This document shows, piece after piece, positions 46,779 to 56,346 of a stretch of 64,000 nucleotides of DNA. The translations under genes were made by a program, and so were the position numbers. Source of the stretch: an uncultured bacterium (GTDB lineage Bacteria; Acidobacteriota; Thermoanaerobaculia; Multivoradales; J023); contig CBDUYN010000035.1 in the NCBI GenBank assembly GCA_965371445.1, positions 127 to 64,126 of the forward strand. Reading direction: 5' to 3'. Below the pieces are notes generated by a model. That model searched no databases. It had not been told where the DNA came from and saw nothing but the letters and a program-made list of their open reading frames with translations. The stretch's first letter is position 1, and each line of letters opens with the position of its first letter.

Positions 46779-48626
46779 ATGAACCGATTCCATTGGCCGT
46801 TGGCATTGACCCTTGCGGCAGCGCTTTGTGTCGTCGGCCTCCTGAGTCTCATCTACGTCCCTGCCGCCGACGATCCGGCGTCGCCCGTCGCCGCGATACG
46901 GTGGGTCACGGCCTCGATCCTGATGGCCGGGGCAGGAGGGATTGTCCTTCTGGCGCGGGAGCTTGCGAGGCGCCAGCGCTCGGAGGCGACGCTCGGCGAA
47001 CGCTGCAGCGAGCTTGTCAGGGCCGAGGAGGCCGCCGAAGTGGAGAAGAAGGCGGCCGAGGCCGCCACTCAAGCCAAGTCGGCGTTCCTGTCGAGCATGA
47101 GCCACGAGATCCGTACGCCGCTCAACGGTGTGTTCGGGATGACGAACCTCCTGCTGCGCAGCGACCTCGACGAACGCCAGCACGAATGGGTCGAGACCCT
47201 GCGCCGTAGCTGCGACAACCTGCAGGTCATCGTCAACGACATCCTCGACCTCTCGAAGATCGAGGCTGGAGCCCTGCAGCTCGAGCGCCGGTCCTTTGAC
47301 CTCCCGCAGCTCCTCGAACAGTTGCTGGAGCCCTTTGCGGTCGAGGCGGAGCGCCGAGGGCTCCGGCTCGTCTCTTCCTTCGACCCCAAAACGCCGCGCT
47401 GGCTCGTCGGTGACGCGACGCGGCTCGGCCAGGTGCTCACGAACCTCGTCAGCAACGCGCTCAAATTCACCTACCACGGCGAGATCACCGTCACCGCCGC
47501 ACCGCGCTACGAGCGCGACGGCGAGGTGGAGATGCTCTTCCACGTCCGCGACACCGGGGTGGGGATTCCAGCCGAAAAGCAGGGGAAGCTCTTCCAGGCG
47601 TTTGCCCAGGCCGAGGCGTCGACCGCCCGCCGGTTCGGTGGCAGCGGACTGGGCCTGATGATCTCGCGCAACCTCGTAGAGCTGATGGGCGGCAAGATCT
47701 GGGTCGAGAGCGAGGCGGGGCAGGGGAGCTCCTTTTATTTCACGATCGTCGCAACGGTGGCCGAGGGCGGAACGGTCATCGAGACGGGAGGCGAGGCCGC
47801 GGTGGAGCTTTCTCCGGACTTCGCCCGCTTCTTTCCGTTGTCGATCCTGGTAGCGGAAGACGACGCCATCAACCGCCAGGTGATCGGCGAGACGCTTCAC
47901 ACGCTGGGCTACGAGCCGCGCTTCGCCACCGACGGTGCCGAGGCGCTCGCCGAGCTCGCGGCACGGAGCTTCGACCTGCTCTTGCTCGACCTCCACATGC
48001 CGGTGCTCGACGGCTTCGAGGTCGCGAACCGCCTCAAGGTGAACCCTCCGGCCACCGGAAGGCCTCGCATCGTCGCCCTGACCGCCAGGGCCACCCGCGA
48101 TGTCCGGGAGAAGTGCTTCGAGGCGGGCATGGACGACTACCTGACGAAACCCTTCCCGCTCCACGAGCTCCAACGGCTCTTGCGAGGCGAGGAAGGCATG
48201 GCGTCGGGTGCCATCTGGACGGCGCAGATCGAGACCGGAATGCCCACCCTCGAGGTGCGCGCCGTAGAGAAGCTGAAAAAGCTCAAGGCCGGCAAGCGGC
48301 ACGAGGTCTTACGAGAGCTGGTCGAGATGTTTCGCGAGATGACCCCGGAACGGCTGGCGTCGATGCGGGAGTCCTTTGACCGCGGCGACACCCGTGGCGT
48401 GCAGGAGATGGCCCACATGCTCAAGTCGAACGCCGGGAACCTGGGGGCGCGAAAGATGGCGTTCGTCTGCGCGACGATCGAGGAAGCGGCTGCCGAAGGA
48501 GACCTGAGCGAGGTCAAAGAGCTCCTGGGCCCCCTTGAGGTCCTCTTCAACCGCTCGATTCGGGCCTTGTCCGCGACAGTGGCGAAACCACCTGCCGAGA
48601 CCCAGCCCGTGGCCCCTGGGCCGTAG
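46779..48626 (+). CDS. hybrid sensor histidine kinase (HisKA-HATPase_c-REC-HPt)
   Basis: - TM N-terminus.
- H-box SHEIRTPLNGV, plus N, G1 and G2 boxes (GGSGLGL).
- Receiver domain (LVAEDDAINRQV ... LLLLDLHMPVLDG ... KP).
- C-terminal HPt (HMLKSNAGNLGA).
- GGAGGG Shine-Dalgarno. Confidence 0.85.
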   Translation: MNRFHWPLALTLAAALCVVGLLSLIYVPAADDPASPVAAIRWVTASILMAGAGGIVLLARELARRQRSEATLGERCSELVRAEEAAEVEKKAAEAATQAKSAFLSSMSHEIRTPLNGVFGMTNLLLRSDLDERQHEWVETLRRSCDNLQVIVNDILDLSKIEAGALQLERRSFDLPQLLEQLLEPFAVEAERRGLRLVSSFDPKTPRWLVGDATRLGQVLTNLVSNALKFTYHGEITVTAAPRYERDGEVEMLFHVRDTGVGIPAEKQGKLFQAFAQAEASTARRFGGSGLGLMISRNLVELMGGKIWVESEAGQGSSFYFTIVATVAEGGTVIETGGEAAVELSPDFARFFPLSILVAEDDAINRQVIGETLHTLGYEPRFATDGAEALAELAARSFDLLLLDLHMPVLDGFEVANRLKVNPPATGRPRIVALTARATRDVREKCFEAGMDDYLTKPFPLHELQRLLRGEEGMASGAIWTAQIETGMPTLEVRAVEKLKKLKAGKRHEVLRELVEMFREMTPERLASMRESFDRGDTRGVQEMAHMLKSNAGNLGARKMAFVCATIEEAAAEGDLSEVKELLGPLEVLFNRSIRALSATVAKPPAETQPVAPGP

Positions 48627-48629
48627 CGG

Positions 48630-50477
48630 CTACCGCGCCTCCAGGATCAGCAACCGGTAGCCCCCGCCTCCGCCCGGACCCTCGACCAGGGTCCCCCAGC
48701 CGGCGAGGCGGACTTCTTGGCCCCGCCGGTCGAGGTGGACGAGCTGGCCCTGCCAGTGGCCAAGGCCGTCGATTTCGTCGAGGGTGTCGTCGAGAGCCGT
48801 CGTTCCTGGCGGCGACAGGGTCGCGGCCGCCGAGCGTCCTCGGATCTCGGCGGGGGAAAACCCGAGCAGGTCCTCGGCGGCGCGGTTCCAGTGACGTACC
48901 CGGCCCTGGCCGTCGACGGCGTAGACCGCCGCACGCAGGTGGTCGACGAGCCCCGCCGGCCGCCGCAGCGCTTCGACTTTTTCCCACTGCGAAGTCTCAC
49001 GCGAGATCGACAGCACCGCCTGGACGCCACGGATCGCCATCTTCTGCAAGGACAGGAGCATGATCGCCGGCGCGCCGGAGCCCGTGCGCAGGATGAGCAG
49101 GAAACGCCGAAGGGTGTCGGAGACCTCCAGCCGGCGACAGAGCCGGATGCGGTCGCCTGGGTTCGACCACAGGTCGAGCTCTTCCGGAGTCCGTCCGACG
49201 ATTTCGTCGCGGCGGCGGGCGAGGGCCTTTTCAAAGGCCGGATTGACTTCGATGAAGGTGGCGTCGTCGAGGCGGTTGATCGAGATCGCGTAAGGGCAGG
49301 CCTGGAAAGCGATCTCGAATTTCTCGTGCGCGAGTCGTTGCGCCTCCTCGGCCTTGTAACGCTCGAGGATCAGCCGCAGGTCTTGCTGGCTGTCCGAGAG
49401 CTTTTCTTCGAACCTCTTACGTTCGAGCCAGAGCTCCTCGGCCCGCCGCTCGAGCAGGCGGTGCTGAAAAACGGCCATCGCGCCGAGCAGCAGCAGCCAG
49501 GTGAGGACCACGAGCTCTCTGAGCGGCTCGCTAGGGCCGTCGAAGAGCTTGGAGCCGTAGCCGGCGAAATGCAGCAGGGGGAAAGCGAGGGCAAAAGACA
49601 GCGTCCGGGAGGTCAGGGCAAGAGCCGCGTCCTCGCCGCGCGGCCCGCTGAGCGAACCTTCCGAGGGGAGCGGAGACGGCTGCTGCAGCCGCGCCGCGAT
49701 CACCAGGAAGACGAAGGCGAGCTCCAGCAAGGCGCGGGGGGCGTGGGCGATCGGCCAGTCCGGGTGGAAACGCAGGAGCTCAGCGACGGTGTAGGAAACG
49801 ACCAACGTGGCAGGGACCCAGGCCAGCAGGCCGTAGCTCACCCGCCAGCGAAGCGACGGCGCCGCCCCCGCCAGGATGAGAAGTCGCAGGGCCAGCATGC
49901 CGTTCAACACGATCAGCAGATAGGAACCGCTCGGTTCTCCTGGGCGCTCTTCCGGATAGTAGAGCGGGACGAGCGGCAAGTAAAGCACCAGGCCGAGCAC
50001 AAAAAAGCTCACCGCCGGCCACGTGTAGAGGCGCTCCAGGGCCGTCAGGGGACGATCGACGAAACGGCGATGGGGCTGCCGGTCGACCGCGAGGACGAGC
50101 AAGACGTAGGCGGCGGCGAACATCACCTGCGGAGCCACCTTGGCCACCGCCGAGAGCTGGTGGGGGACTTGGACGAGCCTCAGGAGGTCCGGAACGAGCC
50201 AGCAGCCGAAGGCCAGAGAAAGCTCGTTCCAGAATCGCCGTTCCGGGCCTCGCGCATGGTGGAGCGTCAGGCGTATCGCGACGATCGCCAGCAGTGGGTA
50301 GAGGAAGGGGACGGCGTCGATTCTCAGGGGTTCCGGGAGGGCGATCCCCAGATCCTGGGCCGCGTAGAGGCTACTCGTGGCGACGAAGGCCAAGGCCGCC
50401 GCCTGGGAGAGGCGCTCGTGGCTCACGCTCGCCGCGGCGGCGCTCAGGATGCGTACCAAATCGCCGTGGCCGAGCAT
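48630..50477 (-). CDS. polytopic membrane sensor with two C-terminal PAS domains and no output domain (paralog 1)
   Basis: Start at MLGHGDLV. About 8 TM helices, then a coiled-coil and two PAS folds (FEIAFQACPYAISINRLDDATFIEVNPAFEKALARRRDEIVGRT; LRAAVYAVDGQGRVRHWNRAAEDLLGF). Convergent with the hybrid histidine kinase, with 3 nt between the stops. Confidence 0.7.
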   Translation of the reverse strand: MLGHGDLVRILSAAAASVSHERLSQAAALAFVATSSLYAAQDLGIALPEPLRIDAVPFLYPLLAIVAIRLTLHHARGPERRFWNELSLAFGCWLVPDLLRLVQVPHQLSAVAKVAPQVMFAAAYVLLVLAVDRQPHRRFVDRPLTALERLYTWPAVSFFVLGLVLYLPLVPLYYPEERPGEPSGSYLLIVLNGMLALRLLILAGAAPSLRWRVSYGLLAWVPATLVVSYTVAELLRFHPDWPIAHAPRALLELAFVFLVIAARLQQPSPLPSEGSLSGPRGEDAALALTSRTLSFALAFPLLHFAGYGSKLFDGPSEPLRELVVLTWLLLLGAMAVFQHRLLERRAEELWLERKRFEEKLSDSQQDLRLILERYKAEEAQRLAHEKFEIAFQACPYAISINRLDDATFIEVNPAFEKALARRRDEIVGRTPEELDLWSNPGDRIRLCRRLEVSDTLRRFLLILRTGSGAPAIMLLSLQKMAIRGVQAVLSISRETSQWEKVEALRRPAGLVDHLRAAVYAVDGQGRVRHWNRAAEDLLGFSPAEIRGRSAAATLSPPGTTALDDTLDEIDGLGHWQGQLVHLDRRGQEVRLAGWGTLVEGPGGGGGYRLLILEAR

Positions 50478-50479
50478 GC

Positions 50480-52321
50480 TTAGCTCCCGGACTCCGTGGC
50501 CGGCGCCGACGCCGGAGCCCGGACCGCGACGATGAGCCGCCATTCGCCGCGCGCTTCGGCCACCGGGAAAGTGCGGCTCAGGATGCGGTGACCGTTTGGC
50601 AGGGTGGCCGCCGCCGTGGCGGCGCCGTCGTCGTCCTTGGCTGCCGCCAACCATTCGCCGCAGCCCGGCAGGTCGCTCGCGTCACGGCCCAGGGCGTCTC
50701 CGGCCTCGAGACCGAAAAGCCGCTCCGCGGCCTCGTTCCAATAGTGGATCCGGCCCGCGGCGTCGAGGGCGCAGACCGCGCTCCGGGCGCTGTCGAGAAG
50801 CATCGCACGGCGTTCGAGGCCTTTGTCACGGTGCCGGTTGCCGGTGACGTCGTGGACGACGGAAAAGACGTGAGGTACGCCGCTTAGGTCGATCCTCTCC
50901 GCCGAGAAAAGCCCTACCCCGAGCTTGCCCGACTTCCTGCGGAAGAGGCTCTCGATTTCTCGTACCGAAGGGTTCTCCGAGAACCAGCTCTCAAGAGTGG
51001 TCCGGTCACGGGGCCGCGCCCAGATCTCGAGCTCTTTTAAGCTGCGGCCCACGAGCTCTTGCGGAGCGAAGCCGAAGATCTCGCCGGAGCTGGCGTTTAT
51101 GTCGATCAGCCGGCCGTCGTCGAGACGGGTGATCGCCATCACGTCGGGGGAGGCCTGAAACGCCTGGGCGAAGATCTCGTTGGCGGCGGCGCGCTTGGCC
51201 TCGACACCCTGGAGCTGTTTGCGTAGCCGCAGGTCGTCCTCGATCCGCCGCAAAGCCCGCTCGGTGCGTCCTCGTTCCGTCCGCAAATCGGCCGTGGTGC
51301 GGGCCAGGCGGCGGTGCTGATAAAAAGCCACCATGCCGAGCAGCAGGAGCCACACAAGGACCACCCACGAGCGCGGCGCTTTGCTCGCCGCGTTCATCCA
51401 TTCCGCCTGGTAGCCCGTGAAGTGGACCAGCGGGAAGAGCAGCGCGAAGATCATGGTCTGACCCAGAGGGCCCGGAAAGCTGTCGTCGCCCTGATAGCCG
51501 GCGTAGGTCGCCGGGGTCTCCATCGGGAAGGGATGGTGGCGTGTCCTGGCGCCGAGCAGAAGGAAGACGGCCGGAAGCTTCCAACTCACGTCGAAGAAGC
51601 GCTCCCAGGGCCAGTCGGCGACGAGCGAGCTCCGGTGGAGGCTTCCCAGGAGGTCGTTGCCAAGCACCGCCAGCGTCGTGGCCGCCAGGAACGAGTAGAC
51701 CAGCCGCCAGCGAGGCGAGCGTACGGTGCGGCTCAGGTGGAGCAGCCGACCCGAGAAATAGGCGTCGAGGATGAGGAAGAGGCCGGTCGCAGACCGGCGG
51801 CTGTCGTAGGAAGCCGGGTCGACGAAGACGGGCACCAGGAAGTACAGGAAAAGCCCTGTGACGGCCACCGTGACCGTCGCCCAGGTCAGAGATCGTTCCA
51901 GCGCCACAGGCCGCCAGCGGTGCCGGTGGTGGGGCCGGACCGAGAGCGCGAGATAGAGGCCTCCGTAAAAGAGGGCGTAGAGGACGTCCGCGGTCCAACT
52001 CGTCCACAACGGAGCTTGCGGATAGACCAGGTAAAGGACGGGAGCCGCCAGCCAGCACACCGTGGCCCGGCTCAGGTCGTTCCAGAAGGCCCGGTCCTCA
52101 GGGGCCCGGATTTGCGACAACTTGAAGCGTAGCGCCAGGAAGGTCAGGGCCACGAAGAAGACCGCGGCGGCGTTGCGGATCCGAGACGGCAGGTCGACGC
52201 CAGCTACCACCAGGCCCGCATAGGCAAGCAAGGCGAAGAGGTTCACCTGGACGAGCCGGTCGTCCAGCAGGGTTCGCCAGAGGGGTTGGCTGTTCGGTAG
52301 GGGGCTGGAAGTCGAGCTCAT
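50480..52321 (-). CDS. polytopic membrane sensor with two C-terminal PAS domains and no output domain (paralog 2)
   Basis: Start at MSSTSSPL. Same architecture as the adjacent gene, and clearly paralogous to it (FAQAFQASPDVMAITRLDDGRLIDINASSGEIFGF; AVCALDAAGRIHYWNEAAERLFGL). Confidence 0.7.
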   Translation of the reverse strand: MSSTSSPLPNSQPLWRTLLDDRLVQVNLFALLAYAGLVVAGVDLPSRIRNAAAVFFVALTFLALRFKLSQIRAPEDRAFWNDLSRATVCWLAAPVLYLVYPQAPLWTSWTADVLYALFYGGLYLALSVRPHHRHRWRPVALERSLTWATVTVAVTGLFLYFLVPVFVDPASYDSRRSATGLFLILDAYFSGRLLHLSRTVRSPRWRLVYSFLAATTLAVLGNDLLGSLHRSSLVADWPWERFFDVSWKLPAVFLLLGARTRHHPFPMETPATYAGYQGDDSFPGPLGQTMIFALLFPLVHFTGYQAEWMNAASKAPRSWVVLVWLLLLGMVAFYQHRRLARTTADLRTERGRTERALRRIEDDLRLRKQLQGVEAKRAAANEIFAQAFQASPDVMAITRLDDGRLIDINASSGEIFGFAPQELVGRSLKELEIWARPRDRTTLESWFSENPSVREIESLFRRKSGKLGVGLFSAERIDLSGVPHVFSVVHDVTGNRHRDKGLERRAMLLDSARSAVCALDAAGRIHYWNEAAERLFGLEAGDALGRDASDLPGCGEWLAAAKDDDGAATAAATLPNGHRILSRTFPVAEARGEWRLIVAVRAPASAPATESGS

Positions 52322-52486
52322 GACATCTCGGGATCCTATACGGTGGCGCCCACGCCCAGGAAGGGCCACACTGGCACCGAACGTCTTTCGACCACCAAGA
52401 TTCTGGCACCGCAGAGAGAAACGGAGGGGGAAGCGGCCCCAAGGACCGAGGCCCGCCCTGCGTCGGGGAGATCGAGCCTTCTCTCC

Positions 52487-53188
52487 CTACCTGCGCGGCT
52501 GCGGCGTCTTGTCGCGGATCTCGACGGGATAGAAGAGGTAGGCGTAGGGAAACATCGTCTGGGTGATGTGAAACGAGTCGTACTCGAAGAGTCGCCGGCT
52601 CCAGAAGGCGAAGCGATAGTAAGGCGCCTCGGGAGCCAGGACGTCGACGACCGTGTTGACCTGGAAGCTCCGGTAGCCGGGGCCGCTGCCGGTGTAGTGG
52701 AGGGTGGCGATGGGGAAGTCGCAGAGGTTTCGAAACGTCGTCTTCTCGAAGATCTCGAGGCTTGAGAGCGCTTCCCGGGAGACGTCGTCGCCGACGATGA
52801 AGCGACGTACGGCTCCGAGGCGAAGCGGCAAGCTCTCCTCCCATTCCATCGCCTCGCAACGGGAGAAGGTCTCCTCGTAGAGGGCGGAGTACTCGGCGAC
52901 CTTGGCGGCCACCGGGACCGGCCCGACACCCTTGTTTCCCGTGTTGAACGGGAACGCAGCGCCACGATTCCAGGTGACGACGACTGGCAGGTGGGTGCCG
53001 AAAAAAGACGCCGCCCCTTTGCCTTCGAGCCGGTCGTACATCGCCCGCCGCCCTTCGGTCAGCCACCCGAGGAAGCTCTCCGGGAGGTGGATACGCGCAA
53101 AGGTGTGGCGCTCGCCGCTGGCGGTGAAGGCTACCTGCGAGGGTGTTACGTCGATGGCTCTGGGCTGGGGTTTGCAGGGCTTGACCAT
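52487..53188 (-). CDS. hypothetical protein
   Basis: 233-aa ORF with native codon usage. No recognisable domain. Confidence 0.45.
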   Translation of the reverse strand: MVKPCKPQPRAIDVTPSQVAFTASGERHTFARIHLPESFLGWLTEGRRAMYDRLEGKGAASFFGTHLPVVVTWNRGAAFPFNTGNKGVGPVPVAAKVAEYSALYEETFSRCEAMEWEESLPLRLGAVRRFIVGDDVSREALSSLEIFEKTTFRNLCDFPIATLHYTGSGPGYRSFQVNTVVDVLAPEAPYYRFAFWSRRLFEYDSFHITQTMFPYAYLFYPVEIRDKTPQPRR

Positions 53189-53397
53189 AGATGCTGACCT
53201 CCGGTGTTCTCGCCGCTACCGTAACAGGGGCGCGGATCCTCCCCCTATGACCGCAGTCATACCCTGGAGGTGCCGTCCTCTACCGCGGCCGTCGATGCCG
53301 CGCCGCCCTGGAGAAAACTCGCCCCATCCCTGGACGAATCGCGACGGGTGCTCGTATCGATTGTCGAAGAACCTCTTTCGACAAGGAGATCCGAAAG

Positions 53398-54786
53398 ATG
53401 AATCCCAGAAGCTTGACCCCCGTCCTTGTTCTCGTCCTCGTCTTCCTCTTGGCGTTTCCGGCCTTCGCTGCCGGGGCCGGAGAGCGGCCCCGCGTCTCGG
53501 CCGATACGGCCCGATTGCCCCAGTTGAAGGCGTATTCCGACCAGGTAATCGACCTGAGCTTCCCCGCAGCGACCTCCGTTTTGGACGTTTACCGCGCTCT
53601 CGCCAAGGCTTGCAGCTTCAACGTCCAGCTCGACGCCAGGTTGAAGGACATGAAAGTCGACGTCGAGCTCGAAGCGGTCACGCCGCGCGAGGCTCTCGAC
53701 ACCGTGATGCACGTGGCGAGCCACTTCTACAAGGTGCTCGACGGCAACACCATCCTGATCCTCGACGATACGCCCCGGAATCGGCGAACCTACGAAGACC
53801 AGGTGGTTCGGACCTTCTACCTCGAAAACGTCGAGGTCAAGGACATGATGACGGCCGTTCGGAGCCTGCTGGGGGCGAAAAACGTATCTGCCAACGAGAC
53901 GTTGAGCTCTTTGACTCTGCGTGACACGGCCGACAAGGTGGCCGTGGCCGAAAAGCTCGTCGACATGCACGACCGTCCGCGCGGCGAGGTGGCGATCGAC
54001 GTCGAGCTCCTACGGCTCGACTCAGAAGCTCTGCGCAAGGTCCTGGAGCGCCGCAAGAGCGAAGAGCGGGAGGGCACGAAAGTGTTGCGCCTGACGGCAC
54101 CGGAGCTCGCTGAGCTCAAGCAGGCCGCTTCGCCGCGGACTCTGGCGGACCTTCAATTGAGCGTCCTCCACGGTGAGCAGGCGCGGCTGCGCGCCACGGA
54201 TCGGGTCCCGCTCCTCGTTTCCGCCGGCGAGGAAAGCTACCAGTACCAGGACGTTGGTCTCGATGTCCGGATAGGCGCCCAGGTCCATCCCAGACACCGG
54301 GAGGTGACTCTCCATTTGCAGCTCGAGCTCAGCCACCCTGCCTACGACCTGGCTACGACGGGTGGCTCGCTACCCGTCTTCACGAGCCGGGGGGTGGAGC
54401 TCAGCGCCCGCCTGGGCGACGGCGAGACCTATCTCCTGACGGGCCTCAAGGCGGGCGACGACGTTTCCGGTGCGAAGGCGTCCCGTGGCGCCACCGCGGC
54501 GCGCGCGTACCTTCGCGATCCGTTCGCGGACCCGGGGGAGGATGCCGGCAGCGAAGTCGTCCTGACGGTGACGCCGTGGATCGTTCGAGGCCTCGATGCC
54601 GAGGAAGAGGCGCTCCGGGTGGGAACCGAGACACACATCACCCTGCGCGGCGGCAGCCGGGCCCTCTCGGAGCTCGCCGGTCCCTTCGACCCACCCCGCG
54701 CTGCGGACGAGGCGTCGCTCCATGACGAGCGCCCTCGCAAGCCGCCGCGCGGAGAAAGGCAAGAGCGCGACGGCTCCGGCAACTGA
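53398..54786 (+). CDS. secretin-family outer-membrane channel protein (short CpaC/RcpA/GspD-like)
   Basis: Signal peptide. Secretin_N-like module (YEDQVVRTFYLENVEVKDMMTAVRSLLG) and a secretin C-domain (VVLTVTPWIV). AAGGAGA Shine-Dalgarno. Confidence 0.7.
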   Translation: MNPRSLTPVLVLVLVFLLAFPAFAAGAGERPRVSADTARLPQLKAYSDQVIDLSFPAATSVLDVYRALAKACSFNVQLDARLKDMKVDVELEAVTPREALDTVMHVASHFYKVLDGNTILILDDTPRNRRTYEDQVVRTFYLENVEVKDMMTAVRSLLGAKNVSANETLSSLTLRDTADKVAVAEKLVDMHDRPRGEVAIDVELLRLDSEALRKVLERRKSEEREGTKVLRLTAPELAELKQAASPRTLADLQLSVLHGEQARLRATDRVPLLVSAGEESYQYQDVGLDVRIGAQVHPRHREVTLHLQLELSHPAYDLATTGGSLPVFTSRGVELSARLGDGETYLLTGLKAGDDVSGAKASRGATAARAYLRDPFADPGEDAGSEVVLTVTPWIVRGLDAEEEALRVGTETHITLRGGSRALSELAGPFDPPRAADEASLHDERPRKPPRGERQERDGSGN

Positions 54787-54830
54787 ACGCCCTCACCCCC
54801 GGTGACGCACAGAATTCTGGGCGTTTTTTC
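54787..54830 (+). terminator. possible Rho-independent terminator after the secretin gene
   Basis: acgccc...gggcgt inverted repeat followed by a T6 run (gggcgttttttc). Long loop, so weak. Confidence 0.3.
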
Positions 54831-54906
54831 ATTTCGTAATGCCGGCTGTAATGTCCGGCCCCTAGGCTTACTGAGTCAACGGGCGCGGTCTACCGCCGGA
54901 GGTCAG

Positions 54907-55257
54907 ATGAGCGTACACTGGGGTTTCTACTGCAAAGACTGCAACGCCGAAAGCAATCGCTGGTTCGAAGATCCGCGCCAACTGCGCCAGATCTACGCGC
55001 AAGCGGGGCAGAACTTCCAAAAGGTTTGGGGTGATCTGCCCCTGCGCTTGCCGAAGATGGAGATCGAGCCGCTGTTTTTCCTTGCCCAGCATTACGGGCA
55101 CGAGCTGTGGGTGCAGTGTGAGCTGGCACAGCTGAAGCTGGGCTCGGTCGCCGAGGCGGCGAGCGCCGAAGACGAGGAGGAATGTCGCCCGCCCGACTTG
55201 CCGCTGCCTGCCGCGACATCGGGCCCTCCGTCCTCGTTCGAGCTCGCCGAGACCTGA
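54907..55257 (+). CDS. small hypothetical protein
   Basis: Start at MSVHWGFYCKDCNAESNRWFEDP. Cys pair near the N-terminus. No known domain. Confidence 0.4.
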   Translation: MSVHWGFYCKDCNAESNRWFEDPRQLRQIYAQAGQNFQKVWGDLPLRLPKMEIEPLFFLAQHYGHELWVQCELAQLKLGSVAEAASAEDEEECRPPDLPLPAATSGPPSSFELAET

Positions 55258-55343
55258 CAGGGGCCCGCCGGCTCCGGCTTCCCTCCCCGCGGTTCCTCCT
55301 GACCGTTTGACGCGCTCCTTGGTCCCGTCCGTCTGGGCAAGTC

Positions 55344-56285
55344 TTGTCCAGATCTCCACACCCTGACGAACACGATTCACGTTCGAAGGGCCAGTCCTTC
55401 CCGACGCCCGCTGGGCCTGCTAGGCTTGCGGACGATGGGAGCAGGCGATTGAGCCGAAGCAAAGAGCTGGACTACCTCCGGGAACCTCCCCAGGGGCTGG
55501 CGCGCGTGTCGGTCGAGCGGACCGGGCGCGGGGTCGAGCCGGACTGGGTGGTGGTCGAGGAGCCTCTCCAGATCCGTGTCGAGGGCGAGGCCCTGGCGGT
55601 GACCATGCGCACCCCGGGCCACGACCGGGAGCTGGCGGCAGGCTTCGTCTTCACCGAGGGTCTCGTCGACGCCCCCGAAGATTTTCTCTCCGTCGAGATG
55701 GCGTCGGACGTCTTTGAAGCGCCGCATCCCGAGAACACGGTCAACGTCTTCGTCACGGAACGAGCGTCGATGCGGCTCCCGGAACGCCGTAAGAGCGCCG
55801 GCCGCGATTTCCGGGCGGTCAGCGCCTGCGGCGTTTGCGGGAAAAAAACGATCGCCAGCCTGCGCCAGAATCTGCCGTCGATCGTTCCGGTGGCGCCAGA
55901 GCGCCAGCTCGTCCACGAGCTCCCGGATCGAATGCGGGAGCACCAGCGCCTTTTTCGGCTGAGCGGTGGTATCCATGCCGCGGCGCTTTTCGACCTGTCG
56001 GGGGAGTTGCTCGTCCTCTACGAGGACATCGGACGCCACAACGCCGTCGACAAGCTGGTCGGCCATGCGCTGCTCGCCGAGCCTGGGCGCTGGCCCCTGG
56101 GAGAGCGCATCCTTGTCCTGAGCGGCCGGGTGGGGTTCGAGGTGGTGCAAAAGGCGCTGCGAGCCGGCGTGCCGGCGATCGTCGCCGTCGGCGCGGCGTC
56201 GAGCCTGGCGGTGGAGCTTGTCGAAGAGGCCGGGGCGGCGCTGTATTCCTTCGTCGGTCCGGGACGCGGGAACCGGCATGTCTGA
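55344..56285 (+). CDS. fdhD: formate dehydrogenase accessory sulfurtransferase FdhD
   Basis: FdhD hallmarks: VTMRTPGHDRELAAGFVFTEGLV and the catalytic Cys loop (SACGVCGKKTI). The N-terminal 45 aa are low-complexity, so the true start may be downstream. Confidence 0.75.
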   Translation: MSRSPHPDEHDSRSKGQSFPTPAGPARLADDGSRRLSRSKELDYLREPPQGLARVSVERTGRGVEPDWVVVEEPLQIRVEGEALAVTMRTPGHDRELAAGFVFTEGLVDAPEDFLSVEMASDVFEAPHPENTVNVFVTERASMRLPERRKSAGRDFRAVSACGVCGKKTIASLRQNLPSIVPVAPERQLVHELPDRMREHQRLFRLSGGIHAAALFDLSGELLVLYEDIGRHNAVDKLVGHALLAEPGRWPLGERILVLSGRVGFEVVQKALRAGVPAIVAVGAASSLAVELVEEAGAALYSFVGPGRGNRHV

Positions 56286-56346
56286 GGCCCGGTGATCGGG
56301 AGCTCAAAGCCTGGACCCGAGCCTGACGGAGAGGGAATCGGACCTC

